Shown here: positions 36,386 to 49,943 of the stretch, piece by piece
Layout of the letters: each line of letters opens with the position of its first letter
Numbering within the stretch: position 1 is the stretch's first letter
NCBI GenBank assembly: GCA_051294905.1
Contig: CM119372.1
Coordinates: 33,048,001-33,112,000, forward strand
Origin: Botryllus schlosseri
Taxonomy: Eukaryota
Length of the DNA: 64,000 nt
Direction: 5' to 3'
Translations under genes and position numbers: made by a program
The notes under the pieces: generated by a model
The model's input: only the letters and a program-made list of their open reading frames with translations
What the model was told of the DNA's origin: nothing
Databases searched by the model: none

Positions 36386-37601
36386 CTCAACTAGATCTCC
36401 TCTGCATTACTATTTGAACCAATTGAACCGGATATGTCTGTCAATTATGTACGTCAGCAAGGATTCGATTTAGTCATTGAATTCGTACGCAAAGATGCCC
36501 TTTTCTCCTTACCTTATGTATACAATTGCGTCAAGACATAGCTATTGACTCAACTGTGGTATTATGCAGTTGAGTATCACCAAATTTCGCCATGCTTGAA
36601 CGCACATGAAGTGTGATCCTGCAATAAGTTATGGGATAAACTTGACGCAACAATGATGCTTTGACCTATTAGTATGTAGCCGAAAATTGGAAGTCATAGT
36701 TTTGACGAATTTTATTTAATCATCCCATTACAGAAAGCAAGAAGATACACTAAACAGGCTCATATTTTGTGTAAGTGCTATGATAAGACATGTCGCAAAA
36801 TGAAAAAGTAGTAATCTAGAGAATCACATTTGAGACAAGAATGCACTGATTTTACAGGAATGCGCCAGTAATTCAATAACTTTGCATTACTACCAAATAG
36901 AAGATGGTGGTTTGAAATCCATAATAGTGATGTATCAAACTTACAAGATGCATGTTCAACTGTCTGTGCAACCACAGCTGGTGGATTTACACGAATCAGT
37001 CTCAAATGATAATAATGGCAAGGATTTCGATAGTTTGACAAGTACTGCATGTTGATATCGTCTATAGTGCAGTACTTCTTCAAGGAGCACCTTCGATAAT
37101 TATAAGCAAGCACGCCATGCTTCTGATCAGAACTTTGGAATGCTAATTTTATAGAGCGAGAACAAAGCCGTACAGAAACAACTGATCAAGAACAGACACA
37201 AACATAGTCATCAGTGACATAATGAAGAGTCACATCATTGCACTATTATATTTGTAACGAACTCGGGTATGATAGCATACAGGATTGGCATGGTGAATCA
37301 TTGAGAAGCGCTTACTACTGGGAGCATTATTAGAATGAGTTATATGACTCTTACGGTGGATATTTGGTTGCAAAACAACACTAATAAGGGCTTGCGATGC
37401 ATAATCTGCGAGTCATAACAACATAATTTTCGTCGCCACAAGAATCAATATTGATTCCACTCCAGCCATACTGATTCAGTAAAAAGCCAACGCAAAATAG
37501 GATGCCCTGAGAACGCCCTTGCTTAATAATCACAAATGAGATTGTTTGAAGGAGTTTCTACAATACCAACTGCATCATTGGTGTGATCAATGCGAAATCA
37601 T

Positions 37602-38765
37602 TTATGCAATTCTTGCATTTTTATGATTCGAGCACACTGGCTTTCCAGAGGCTGCGAAAAATCCTTGGTTCTTCAAGTCGATGTGGCATACAGCACAGTT
37701 GAAACAAGTCTCGTGCCAAGCGGCGCTGATAGCCTCCAAATAACGATCACCCGGGTCGATAGAGAAGTTGCATCCTTTACAGATTTGACTGAAGAGCCGA
37801 TTGTAGCAATCCACACAGTACGCTTTGTCGTTCTGCATTTGAAATACGCCGTCGGTAAACGGCTGGTTGCACGAGTTGCAGACAAAACACGTCATGTGCC
37901 AAGTCTGATTCAACGCGTGCATGACTTCTCCCACTATCTTCCGGTGGCATTTTCCACACGAATGGGCGAAATGCTTCTCGTAGCAATCCTGGCAGTATTT
38001 GTCTCCGTTTTCCTCCACAAAGCCAACACTTTGTAGAGGTTTCCGGCAATTTCTGGCGGCGCACACGAACTCATCAACGTGCCAATTTTTCCCCTTGTGA
38101 GACAGGTACGGCCCGAGAATCACTTTTTTACATCCTTCGCAAATTGGATCCGGCCCGCTACTAGGCTGCTCGATATCGACTGACAACAGGCTTGGGGGTG
38201 GCGGCGGTAGAGGCTCATCTGATAATTTCAAATCGGCGATGCTTGTAGGCTTTGAAACCGGAGTGTAGGAAGGTCTTTCCGATCGTGACGGAGTTGTCTG
38301 ATAGGACGGAGTGCTTTGAACAAAATCTTGAGATTTTGCAGGTTTCGGGGCTGACGAGTATCCAGATTGAGGGACAGGTTTTGAGGCTGATGAGTACCCA
38401 GATTGAGGGGTGGGTTTTGGTGGGGCTGACGTATACCCAGTTTGAGGCAAGGTGCTTGCGGGTTTTGGGGCTGACGTGTATCCGGTTTGCGGCGTGCTGT
38501 TGGGTTGTTTAGCACCAGCAGAATCGACCAACAGATTCAACGACATGCCGGCCGATTTTATCTTATTTTGCGCCTCGAGATGTGTAAGTTCCTTAGTAGG
38601 TACTCTATTTATCTCCAGTAAAACTAATCCGGGTGTTATACCAGCCTTTTCTGCTTTCCCGCCTGGGGTGACTTTCGATACTGATAAATCAGTACGAAAT
38701 TCTTTCCCGCCAACCAGTCTAAATCCCCAAGGACTTCCTCCAGTTAACCGATAAGTTGAAGGCAT
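37602..38765 (-). CDS. PDZ and LIM domain protein, Enigma subfamily (PDLIM5/PDLIM7/LDB3-like), single coding exon
   Basis: N-terminal PDZ (PWGFRLVGGKEF..THLEAQNKIK), Pro/Ser/Thr linker with QTGYTSAPKP-type repeats, three C-terminal LIM domains. Candidate AATAAA on the - strand at 36711-36716. Confidence 0.93.
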   Translation of the reverse strand: MPSTYRLTGGSPWGFRLVGGKEFRTDLSVSKVTPGGKAEKAGITPGLVLLEINRVPTKELTHLEAQNKIKSAGMSLNLLVDSAGAKQPNSTPQTGYTSAPKPASTLPQTGYTSAPPKPTPQSGYSSASKPVPQSGYSSAPKPAKSQDFVQSTPSYQTTPSRSERPSYTPVSKPTSIADLKLSDEPLPPPPPSLLSVDIEQPSSGPDPICEGCKKVILGPYLSHKGKNWHVDEFVCAARNCRKPLQSVGFVEENGDKYCQDCYEKHFAHSCGKCHRKIVGEVMHALNQTWHMTCFVCNSCNQPFTDGVFQMQNDKAYCVDCYNRLFSQICKGCNFSIDPGDRYLEAISAAWHETCFNCAVCHIDLKNQGFFAASGKPVCSNHKNARIA

Positions 38766-39818
38766 TTTGGCTTATTTTCTGCACAGCAAATTCTGCATCA
38801 AAGCACAATCAATGTCAGACGTTGAACACAAATGCTGACATTGACTTGTGACGGTAACGGAACTTTATGGGATATAGGCTAGACCGTACTGCATAGTAAA
38901 TGATTAATGGTACCAGACGTAGCTTACGCGGTGATCGATTGAAAATTAACTCCAATTCTGAATGAGGGTATGAGGCACTATAATAAACCTTCAATCCAAA
39001 TATTAAGAATATCTAGAATAGCATGACGGAGCTAGCGAGTATTCACTTCGGAAAACCCTATTGCACTTCTACTACGACATTGATTGCTGAACATAAGTGC
39101 GCCAACCGCCTGTGCTGGATATCAATGACTAACAAGCGCCACAGCGAGAGGCGCAGACCCGAGAAAAAAGTAGACTCACCGTCTCGACCAAATATGGCAA
39201 TCACATAGTTTTCGTAACTTGCGCATTACTAAAACGCGACAGGAATGCTGGTATATTACAGAAAATGACACGGTGTGATCATTGATCGTTTATCGTATAG
39301 GAATTATCTTTTCGAAACAAAGCAGAAAGAAATTTGATAGGCTTCGGCTGAAATCTCTTTGCTTTTGTTAATGATATGGCTCAATAGCTTTGCCAAATGT
39401 TGCTTTCGGTTACATTCTTGTCCTGTAGCAATGCGGCTACTGGTTGGAATTGAAACAAATTTGGTGTGCAGGCTTTAATTAGGTAACCTAACAATTTTGT
39501 CCAGTAGCCAGTACAATTTGAGAAAAAATGTCATTTTTAAATACCCCTCTACACCAGTGATTCCCAACCGCGGCCCTCAGATAGCCTTCTTGCGGCCCCA
39601 AAAATATAGTAAGAAATCGATTTAGGACAAAAAAAAATAAAACTTATATTTATAAACTACTCTTGCTTGGCTTGGCCTCTGTAGTTTTTAATTATAGAAT
39701 TGCAGGAATGTTGTGAGTAGACTGCTAAGTTACGTCACTGCTGTTTCAATGCAATGTGCCCTAACTTTCCAGTTGAACGAGCAGTAGCTATAGATATAGG
39801 AAGTGTCTACTCGTCCGG

Positions 39819-40371
39819 TTTAACGCAGAGCGAACGTTTGTAGTTGTATAATTGTATATCTGACTCCAAGAAGGTTGCGTTTACAATTCGCTGCGTGTTC
39901 TTCTTCCGTTCGACGACCGGCGTAACCCACGCCGTACGACCTTGTTGGCTGACGCACCACCAGGCCTGTCTATTGCACACGTATTCGATGGATCACACTG
40001 ACGAATATATTTTGTTTCCGTCTCCCCGACTTGTAACTTTATTGAATATCACGTACGGTTCAAAATGCAATATATCTCCACCCAACCAGCGAAATACTTA
40101 TGAATGTCTGTCGACTTCCGAACCAGCAAAATAATCATGAATGTATATCGACCTCCGAACTAGCTAATAATCATGAATGTATATGTACGCTGTATTACAT
40201 CCGTACATATATCATAACCACAACAGATTACATGCACCAAACATCGTACGATTTATACTTTGTTATCTACGTTCACACGACAAAATATACGACTCACGAA
40301 GGCCTCATCGGGTTTACCAACTCCTTATTGGATATCATTAAAATGACGTTACACCAATATATTTCGTTAAA
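39819..40371. mobile_element. 553-bp insertion (solo-LTR-like) in the left MULE TIR
   Basis: Termini TTTAACG...CGTTAAA; 5-bp TSD TCCGG. Confidence 0.65.
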
Positions 40372-40478
40372 TCCGGTACCGGACGAATTAAGTTCCTCAG
40401 GCTATTCGTCCGGCGTAAGCATGCCGCAACTGCAGAATGGGTACCGGGATTTCCGGAACTGTGGGCCGTAACTGCGGC

Positions 40479-43298
40479 ATGGATTCCGAGAGTAAGTTCG
40501 CCTCTTACGAAGACTTGAAAAGTGCTTTGGAGAAATACCAGAAAGAAAATTACGTCCAGCTCTACAAGAGAGATTCACGTACGCTCGATGCAGTAAGAAA
40601 GCGAATCACTCGGCGAAATTTCAATGATGCGCTCAAGTATGGCCAGATATCTTTTCACTGCATCCACGGCGGCCGCAGATTTCAGAGCTTATCTGAGGGT
40701 CTTCGACCTAACCAACGGTAAGCAAGCTTTACGTATGATACGTAATTTCCACCGGGTCCACAACCACATGAACATCAAGAAGCAATGTTCCCCATGAGCA
40801 TTTTGTAGTCTTGGTATCGTGAAATTAGGGTTGGATTAGCCTCAGCCTAAACCCCAACCCATTCCTATGACACCCCACCACCTCATCTTACGACACCCTA
40901 ATCCTAACCCCACACATGCAACCTCATCTTACGACACCCTAATCCTAATCCCACGCGTGCCGACACCTCAATTCTAACCCCACACATGCAACCGCAACCC
41001 TGCCACCCCTATCCTAACCCCGCACATGCAACTGCAACCCCACCACCTCACCCCACATATGCAACTGCAACCCCACCACCTCATCTTACGACACCCTAAT
41101 CCTAACCCCACGCGTGCCGACACCCCAATCCTAACCCCACACATGCAACCTCATCTTACGACACCCTAATCCTAACCCCACGCGTGCCGACACCCCAATC
41201 CTAACCCCACACATGCAACCTCATCTTACGACACCCTAATCCTAACCCCACGCGTGCCGACACTACAATTCTAACCCCACGCATGCAACCGCAACCCTGC
41301 CACCCATATCCTAACCCCGCACATGCAACTGCAACCCCACCACCTCATCTTACGCATACGCAACCCCACCACCTCATCTTACGACACCCTAATCCTAACC
41401 CCACGCGTGCTGACACGCCAATCCTAACCCCACACATGCAACCTCATCTTACGACACCCTAATCGTAACCCCACGCGTGCCGACACCCCAATTCTAACCC
41501 CACACATGCAACCGCAACCCTGCCACCCATATCCTAACCCCGCACATGCAACTGCAACCCCACCACCTCATCTTACGCATACGCAACCCCACACATGCAA
41601 CTGCAACCCCACCACCTCATCTTACGCATACGCAACCCCACACATGCAACTGCAACCCCACCACCTCATCTTACGACACCCTAATCCTAACCCCACGCAT
41701 GCCAACACCCCAATCCTAGCCCCACACATGCAACCGCCACCCCAATCCTAACCCCACACATGCAACCGCAACCCCGCCACCCCAATCCTAACCCACCCGA
41801 CCCTAATATCCCCCACCCCAACGCGAAAAACAATTTATTTTAACGTTTATAAATTTTCACATGTTCATGGGAAGCATTGGTTTCATGGGGATCACTTCTC
41901 GATGTGTGGAGAATAACGAAGAAGTTCCCCCTTTTTAGCTCGCTACTGGACTACGAGCAGCGGCACTGCCACACATGCTGTGCATTACGCTTGAAACACA
42001 GGGTAACGTATCACCATTTCATTGCAGCACTTTCCGTAAAGAGTGCCAAGCTCATATCAGGTTTGGTACATCAGAGGATGGGCAGTATCTCATAGTGAAG
42101 AGTGAACAGCATAACCACGGGTTGAGCAAGGTAATATGCGATTATCACTATTGAATCAATAAATAACGACTAATGCATAATCACCGTTATATTTTTTCAT
42201 TTTGATCTGATGATTCAATAAATGACAACTAATGCATAATCACCGTTATATTATTGGAATTTATTGCAGGTCACCTTCGAATTTCTACTATTTATGATTG
42301 AATCGGTCAATATGATTGAGAATTGCATAAATATTGCTGTCAATTTTTTATCCTCTCTCTGCTCATGTATTCAGATTTACCGGTAAAGCTGAGTGAGGTG
42401 TCTTGGAAAATGTAGGGCCCGTAAATAATATTTGAACATATTCGGGCGGACCCGTGGGTATAATGACTTCGTTACGTAATGACATTTCGTGGCCTGTCTG
42501 CTATGTCAAAAGATATTCAAATCGCCCATATGTACTAAACTAAAAGACGCACACGATTTCAAATTGGTTGGTCAATTGCGCTATAGCAGTGTCCGAAGTC
42601 TGTGATGCAGAAAATAGCACCCCAGCAGTGTCCGTAGTCTGTAGCAAAATAACCATGACACCAGACAAGTTCACGGGTTGGTGTCAAATTAATCCAAACT
42701 TTATCTTGCTACACTATAATAAAACTGATCTTGCTGTTTCAGATCTTTCCAACATTCATCTGCCATCAAAACTGGAAAAAAAGAGGACGCCCAAAAGGCT
42801 TGGAACAAACTGTGGTTGGCCTTCCGAAGAAGAAGAAATGAGACGCTCCAGTTCCATTTAAAAAAAGACATGGACAGAGACCGATGTAAGTTTATTTCAT
42901 GCAGAACCTCAGCAAATTTCACTTCTGCCTCATTCACAGTGATGCTGTCATGGTTTGTATCACCATCGGACACTAATGAAGCAGTGTATAGAAAGAAATT
43001 GGGCAGTAAGTCTGTCACGTCTGACACTCGTCTCATCCCCAACAGCTGCCTTGTTGAGACTGTGAATATACTCCACATCGGGCATTACTTCGCATATGAT
43101 GGATGGGCTGCTGTGATGAAGGCATTCCAAAGTAAATATAGTCAAAAGGACTGGTACTGTGGAGTATGCGACCCTCAACTTACAAAGAGCAATTCAATTC
43201 GTTGTGACTCCTGTCTCAACCAGTATCATCTCCTATGTGCTGGACTAAACACTTCCCCGAAACAAAACAAATGGTTTTGTGGCCGCTGCAAAAAATAA
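40479..43298 (+). pseudogene. MULE transposase remnant: ZSWIM3/FAR1-like N-terminal domain, AT-hook and C-terminal PHD finger; DDE core missing
   Basis: Exon 40479-40717 (GT) splices in frame to 42028-42130 (..FHCIHGG..RTFRKECQAHIRFGTSEDGQYLIVKSEQHNH); RGRPKG near 42783; WYCGVC..CDSCLNQYHLLCAGL..WFCGRC. Confidence 0.8.
40850..41820. repeat. Complex C-rich minisatellite containing CCTAACCC motifs
   Basis: Recurrent modules cctcatcttacgacaccctaatcctaacccca, cacatgcaac and cgcgtgccgacac, bracketed by a short imperfect inverted repeat (~40780 / ~41885). Confidence 0.9.
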
Positions 43299-46200
43299 TA
43301 GATGCCTCTGTTAGAGAAATATGTAGCGGCAACTTTGACATTGAAAGTACTTCAATGTTAGTTTTCATGATTGATGTTCCCAGTGAAAACACGCTATCAA
43401 TGCTTAAATATCTTGGAAGCAGCAAATTGTATGCACAGCATTTACTGTCACTTGCAATATGGAATGTGCGGAAATGCCACCGTCATGCATACCAGATTAA
43501 CACCCAATGATCATATATACATTGAAAGTTATACACATATTTTTCGAACAGTTTGTCGTATGTGTTCGATGACTTTTTCATACCTGCTTAAGTTGTTCAC
43601 TCCCTTAATACAAGACCCTCGTCGAAGGGAAATATCTACTTGGGCCCATTTAATAGCTACCTAACCAAGAGATCTATCGACTGACCTATCATTTTGAATG
43701 GATTACCATCTGTGAATTGCTGTATGGCAGATTATAAAAAAAATACCTCATTACCTCTTGTCGCCGTAATAACACTCTTGCCATACCTGATTACCTCTGA
43801 TAGTCCTATTAACACTCTTGACCTACCTGATTACCTCTGATAGTCGTATTAACACTGTTGCCCTACTTCGCCCAGACATTGCTTCATTCATTCATTTGCT
43901 ATCATTTAATTTTTCTTCGTCTTTTCAACTATAATTCGTTACAGACAGATGATGCAGAGACAATGTAGGCATATACTTGTTTCATGCGGGTTTTATCAGA
44001 CCCATTGACTTCCAAGGCTGTATCGATCTCTCCTATCCGACACCAAATACTGTGCATGCACATGTTTTCTGTATGATCATTGCTGCTGTCCATTTGTTCT
44101 GTATTTCTGTTGTATGAAAATGAAGACGTCTCTCTCAGTTGGTATTCCAATCATTACTGCGCAGCAACATGAAGTATGAGTACTCGTAGTACAGCAGAGG
44201 TGACAATTCCGTCTTAGCTGTGTACAAGTTCACGTACAATTGATTAGGTCAACGACGCTTGCATGAGTTCAGAAATAGGTGGAGGCAGCAAGAATTTCAG
44301 CGAATCGTTCGTGTTCTGACTGCATCCGGTTATTTATCGATAGCACTTTGGAACTCTTCGTATGGCGCAAACATTCCCTCGGAGCTCCAATTATGAGCAT
44401 ACAAATCAGTATCCTACTTGTTCTTACTTCATTAAGCGTAGGTGAACATATCTTGTAGAGGTAAAGGTGGGCATCAAGTTCTGGTACTTTCACGACAGCA
44501 ATTTGCAATTATCAGTATGGCGTAAACTTTCCCTCGGAGCTATAATTATGAGCACACAAGTCAGCAACAGTAACCATTCAATTCAGTAACCAGAAATGCG
44601 AATAAATAATGTACAAATCCGAAGCCTGTCAAAAACGCATACAGTCTCCATGGTAACGGGCCTACGTCACGCGGTGCCGGACGAATAGCCTGAGAAACTT
44701 ATTCGTCCGGTACCGGACGAGTAGCCACTGCCATAGATATATATAGGTATTGATAACTTTCGAAACCGGAGGAAAATCCTGAAAAAATGGTAAATGTTTT
44801 CCACTTCGTGGTCGCTTGACTAAAAAAGAAAATAGGCTCAACTCCCGGAAAATACAGTTTTTCTTTCACATTTACATGGTCAAGTCGTCTTGAAGCCAAG
44901 TCGTCTTGGAGTGACGTCATGAGACGGCTTGCCAAAGTGATCGAGTTTACATGGTCAGATTTATCGCAGCTCGAGTGATACACAGCACTTTGGGATTCAG
45001 CTCGGGAATATGCTACGGCAGTTGAGATATCCAGAAATACTTCAACACAATTCTAGAATGACCAAATACACCGTGTATATATTCTTTCTGATAGTGAGTT
45101 GGGCAGGTTATATCGTTGGCTGTACTCGCTTCATAAGTTGTGACGCTGAACAAATAAGACCAGGTGTATATTATAAAAGCAGTATCATGTACTGATAGAG
45201 CTTTCATATTCACCCAGTTGAAATACGTGACGGTTTCGTGAAATATGAACATGGAATGTTGGTATGTTGCTGCAGTCTGGATTCGTTTACAAGTACCGGT
45301 ACTGTTCAAGTCGTCTCCAAGCGACTCTGCGGAACGGATTGAGCTCGAGACGGATTGAAGCCGTCTGCCTTTTTCTCTTTTTCAAAAACGAGAGAGTCGG
45401 ATTGACGAGTCAGCTTCGAAGCTGACCCAAACGGCCATGTAAATGGGCTTATTGACAGGTGTTTGACTGAAAAAGGGTCAACTTTTCAGCCCAGCTCCCG
45501 AAATAGCCACCGTAGCGTTCCTACAGTGCTGACTTAATGTATATCAGTCGAATTTGGCCCTATATTCAACCAAAATTCTCAAAAAAGAAGACAAAATCTC
45601 AAAAAAGAGGACATCTGGGCGTCCTCCGAGGACACTTAAAAAAAATCAAAAAAAGAGGACAGATTCTCCTAAAAGATGACGTATGGTAACCCTATGATAA
45701 CTATAGATGTACAACACGTGACTCACGGTTGAATACGCCGAGATGCGTACTGCTTAGTCGGCTGAAAGCAGCATAATTGGTAGTCATATAGCCAGGGCCG
45801 TAACTGCCGCACCCCAAACCCCCCAATTGAGGCGAACCGAGCTCGAAGGGGGCACAAAATCAATTCGTGGATTAGCATAATTATAGAGTATTTTTTGAAA
45901 ATTTATTCGCCACATATCTTGATTATTGGGTACTCTTCCCCTTAAAAAAATCAGGCAAGATTTATAGAAATAGGCATATCGGCGTTGGCCATTACCGCAC
46001 CAAGACATATAAAGTTTTAGGCCATGTAACATGCGACTCCAAGAAGTGTGCCAGAACGATCGGCAGCGAGAAAACCTTGGCCGTAAAGGACTGCTTTTAT
46101 GCTGACCAAAAACTTCGTTATATAGGCTATACAAAATACATATAGGTTTAATTGTCTATATAGGCACTATTTTGAGGCTTCGCGGACCCCCGGTTGACAA

Positions 46201-46362
46201 CCACTGGTTTAGGATATGCAATATGCATGATGAACTAATTTCGTGCCAGACTTTCGTTTGAAGATATTTTACACGTGCCTCTAAAGCAATTCCAAGAGTA
46301 GATTTACTGGTGGAGAACGCTCCAAACAGCTTATGACACCACGCTATACATTCTGAGTATTT

Positions 46363-47340
46363 ATGGGTGCTCCCAAATTAATTATGGCCAGTCAAGCGAA
46401 GTACTTTTGCAAATCAATGAAATATCTGGGAGTTTTTATTGACCATGACCTCAGCTGGAATACCCATACAAGCCATGTTTCGTCCAAGATCTCTCGCAAT
46501 ACTGGTGTCTTGTGGCGACTAAATAGAATTGTTCCTAGGCCTATGCTCAGAAGTCTTTATTTCTCCATCGTTCACTGCCATTTGCAATATGGTATTATTA
46601 TGTGGGGATCTGCAACCCAAACTATTTTGAAAGCACTGCAAGTAATGCAGAATAAAGCCATTCGGGCCATTGCTGGACTGACCATCTATCATCGCTTATC
46701 TCCATATTATAAGAAACTTCGCAATCTTAAAGTTGAGGACATATATATTTTTGAAATAGCAAAGTTCATGTATAAGTTTAACAAACAACAAGTTCCAAAT
46801 TCATTTGTAAACTACTTTGAATACTGCATGAATATACACAACTACGGTACTCGATCTAAGAGCTCTTCTAACCTATTTATGTCTAGTTCCGACAATGCTT
46901 TTCCTCCGTTGAAGCGTGCTGGTATTGATGTGTGGAATAAATTGCCCCTGCGACTGAAAAGTATGAGTTTTCCGTCATTCAAGGCGGAGCTCCTTGACTT
47001 ACTCCTCAGTAAGTACTAATCGTATGTATTCCCCATCTGCTATTGCATCAAGGCATCCACTGTGTACTTCAATGTTGTTATCAATTTTCGTTTTTTTCTT
47101 TTCATAACTAGTAAGCGTGAGTTTATGTATCTATATACTTGTCTCTAATCTCCAAGGTTCCGGCTTGACATAAAGATCGTAAGGATCATATCGCCGGCAC
47201 CCGTCTATACCGTTATAGAGCCAGTTACACGCTATTATTATTGTGTATGTGTTTTTGTTTTGAGTATTGTTTTTTATTTTTGCATACTCATTCTGTTTAT
47301 TCCGGTTGACGAAGAAATAAATCTCTCTCTCTCTCTCTCC
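46363..47340 (+). mobile_element. 5'-truncated LINE (CR1/L2-like), second family
   Basis: KYLGVFIDHDLSWNTH..LQYGIIMWG..QNKAIRAI..WNKLP; 3'UTR ends aataaa plus (tc)n. Confidence 0.85.
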
Positions 47341-47518
47341 CGGAAGCTGTAAAAAAAATTGCAAAAGTTGCGAAAACTTGTCCTACTCATTAGTATTAAA
47401 TCGCTATTAGGTTTTCCACTGATCTGATGAGTCACGGGCTTTCGGCGACATAAAAAGGTCCTTGAGTATAACCAACGCGCTGAATCCACTCAACACAGAA
47501 GGACGAAGATGTGATGAG

Positions 47519-48957
47519 CAGAGTTGGATCAATTGTAATTTGTAATTGTAATTGAATGTAATAATTACATTTTTCAGTGTAATTGTAATGTAATTGTAAT
47601 TGAAGCATTTTTATTTTGTGTAATTGTAATTGTAATTGTAATTTGACAAAAATTTTGCTCAATTACAATTTCAATTACATTAAATTGCTATTGAGACCTG
47701 ACAAGCACAACATAAAATATTTGACTTATAATGCATTCTCTTTAAATGTCGACAAGGAATTTGATGGATCCATTCGCGGAAGCCCTTGACTGCGCCCTTG
47801 CAGGCGAAGTTTTTTTTATTTTTACCGCTATGCTGGCCTCGGCTGCCATTGTATACAATTATTAGATTACTAACCAACGGATGGATTCGCAACACGTGAC
47901 TCACGATTGAATACGCCGAGATACGAACTGCTGAGCCGGCTAAAAGCAGCAGAATTGATAGTCCAATTGATGGCGATCCAAGCGTCGAAATTTGATATGT
48001 ATGGTCCTAATCGCACTGATTCCGCAATAAAAGTATATTTCCAGGCAATGGTACCATCCCAAAATAGTCGTGAAAGTCTGGGAATCGGCATTGTTCTGAA
48101 CAATCGCTGGGCGTAATTGGTCAGTGTTGTGGTCATGCTGCTGCGGCGCTCTCACTTTTCAGAACAGTCGGCCTTATACGGCTATTTTGGAGCAGTTACA
48201 TTGCCCTGACGAGATTTTAATTTGTATTTTCGGAATTAGTGCATCAATAGCTTACGATAAAGACCAGATGCATCAAATTTGGACGCTTGGATCGCCAGCT
48301 CTAGGACTACAAAGTTTGCTGCTTTTAGCCGGCTCTGCAGTACGTTTGTCGGTGCATTCATCCGTGACTCACATCTTGCGCATCTATCCGTGGGTTGGCA
48401 ATCTGCAATACGATTTCAGATCACGATGCTGCATCGTTACTTCGTCTGGCTAACTAATCAGACCACTGGATATTATATAACGTCTTATCTGACAAAGCAC
48501 GGTTTTGTTTTTACTCCTCATCCTAATTCCTACGTCCCTCGATAAAAATAATAATATTTCTTTAATTATATACTATATACGCAAATCCAACACGTGCATA
48601 TATTATAATACTTTTTTCAACGACATACTGCATACTGGAATAGTTCGAAAACGTTTTTTCTTTTTATTAATTAACGGGTATTTGCGCATCATGAATGAAA
48701 CATGAATACTTGATGTGTTGTTAATTACGACGCTACGGTTGTCAAGGAGCGCGGTTGAATTTATGATTATTCAATAACATGTTCAACAGCAGCAATTGTA
48801 ATTGTAATTGTAATGTAATTGAAGCATGCAAGGAGTAATTGTAATTTGATATTTTTAGCATGGAGTAATTGTAATTGTAATGTAATTGAAACATGCATGA
48901 AAGTAATTGTAATTGTAATTGTAATTATACTGAAATAATGTAATTGATCCAACTCTG
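47519..48957. mobile_element. hAT-type element with (GTAATT)n subterminal arrays and a nested long-TIR MITE (~47873-48398)
   Basis: Termini CAGAGTTGGATCAATT...AATTGATCCAACTCTG; TSD GTGATGAG. Confidence 0.88.
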
Positions 48958-49140
48958 GTGATGAGATTACCGCGACTGATGTATTTTGAAATGAGATATT
49001 TGATTGCAGGAATAGGCTATCCCTGGGTATACGCGCGTACCCCCAGGGGCAACTTCATTTTTGACCACTTTGACAGAGAGAGATGATATTCTTTTTCGCC
49101 TGCACCATCGAGATGCTTTGACGACGGAGATGCCATACGG

Positions 49141-49864
49141 CAGGGCTGGCCAACCTTTTCAGCCAAAGGGCCACATTCGAACGCCGAAATATTGCGCGGG
49201 CCACTAGCCGCGCGAAGCGAGAAAATTTTTCGAAGTTCATAGCTCAATAATATTGTCACTTGACTATATTGCGGGCCTGCAGTATATCGCTGGGCTCAGT
49301 TTGCCAGGACTGGACTATTCAGCGCCTGGACATATCAATTTCGAAAGCTTCGACCAACATGCGTCAATCATTTTGTGCCTAGGTTTCATAGTCGACGGTC
49401 TTTCTGCGAGCGCAAACGCTAGGTCGCATATGTTGAACGACACTTTGTCTCGTAATCGAGAATATAGTTAGCCTCAATCTGATACATTAGGCGTTCATTC
49501 ATTTTCAAAAAGGGATAACAATATTAAAAGCAAGGAATCGAATGACTACATGTTGCGCGAAGCGTGTAGAAAATATTTACTTTTGATAAATTTATCGCAA
49601 ATTATTCTGCTTTGTAGTGTACGAAGATCTACCAAAGTGTGACTGGCTCATGGACATGCCAATGCGTCGTAACTGATATTTTAGTCATCACATCTCAAGT
49701 GTTGCGGCGAGACTAATCAAATTTTTGGTTGGCCTTGCAAGTTCACAATCTGTGCAATTCATTTTTTTTTATAACATTACCAAGTTCGGAAATTACCTCG
49801 CGGGCCTCTCAAAACCTTCTTGCGGGCCACATGTGGCCCGCAGGCCACGGGTTGGCCGGCCCTG
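49141..49864. mobile_element. hAT MITE inserted in a SINE
   Basis: Termini CAGGGCTGGCC...GGCCGGCCCTG; TSD CCATACGG. Confidence 0.88.
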
Positions 49865-49943
49865 CCATACGGCCTTCATAGTAAGGTCATCTATAGTTTG
49901 CACCCCCATTTTCTCCTCCATGCTATCCGTGATTGCTGAGCGC

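Larger units (their letters stand above)
39799..44732 (+). mobile_element. Mutator/MULE DNA transposon, internally deleted
   Basis: 9-bp TSD ATAGATATA (39790-39798, 44733-44741); TIR GG(A/C)AGTG(T/G)CTACTCGTCCGGTACCGGACGAAT.., with the left TIR split by an insertion. Confidence 0.88.
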
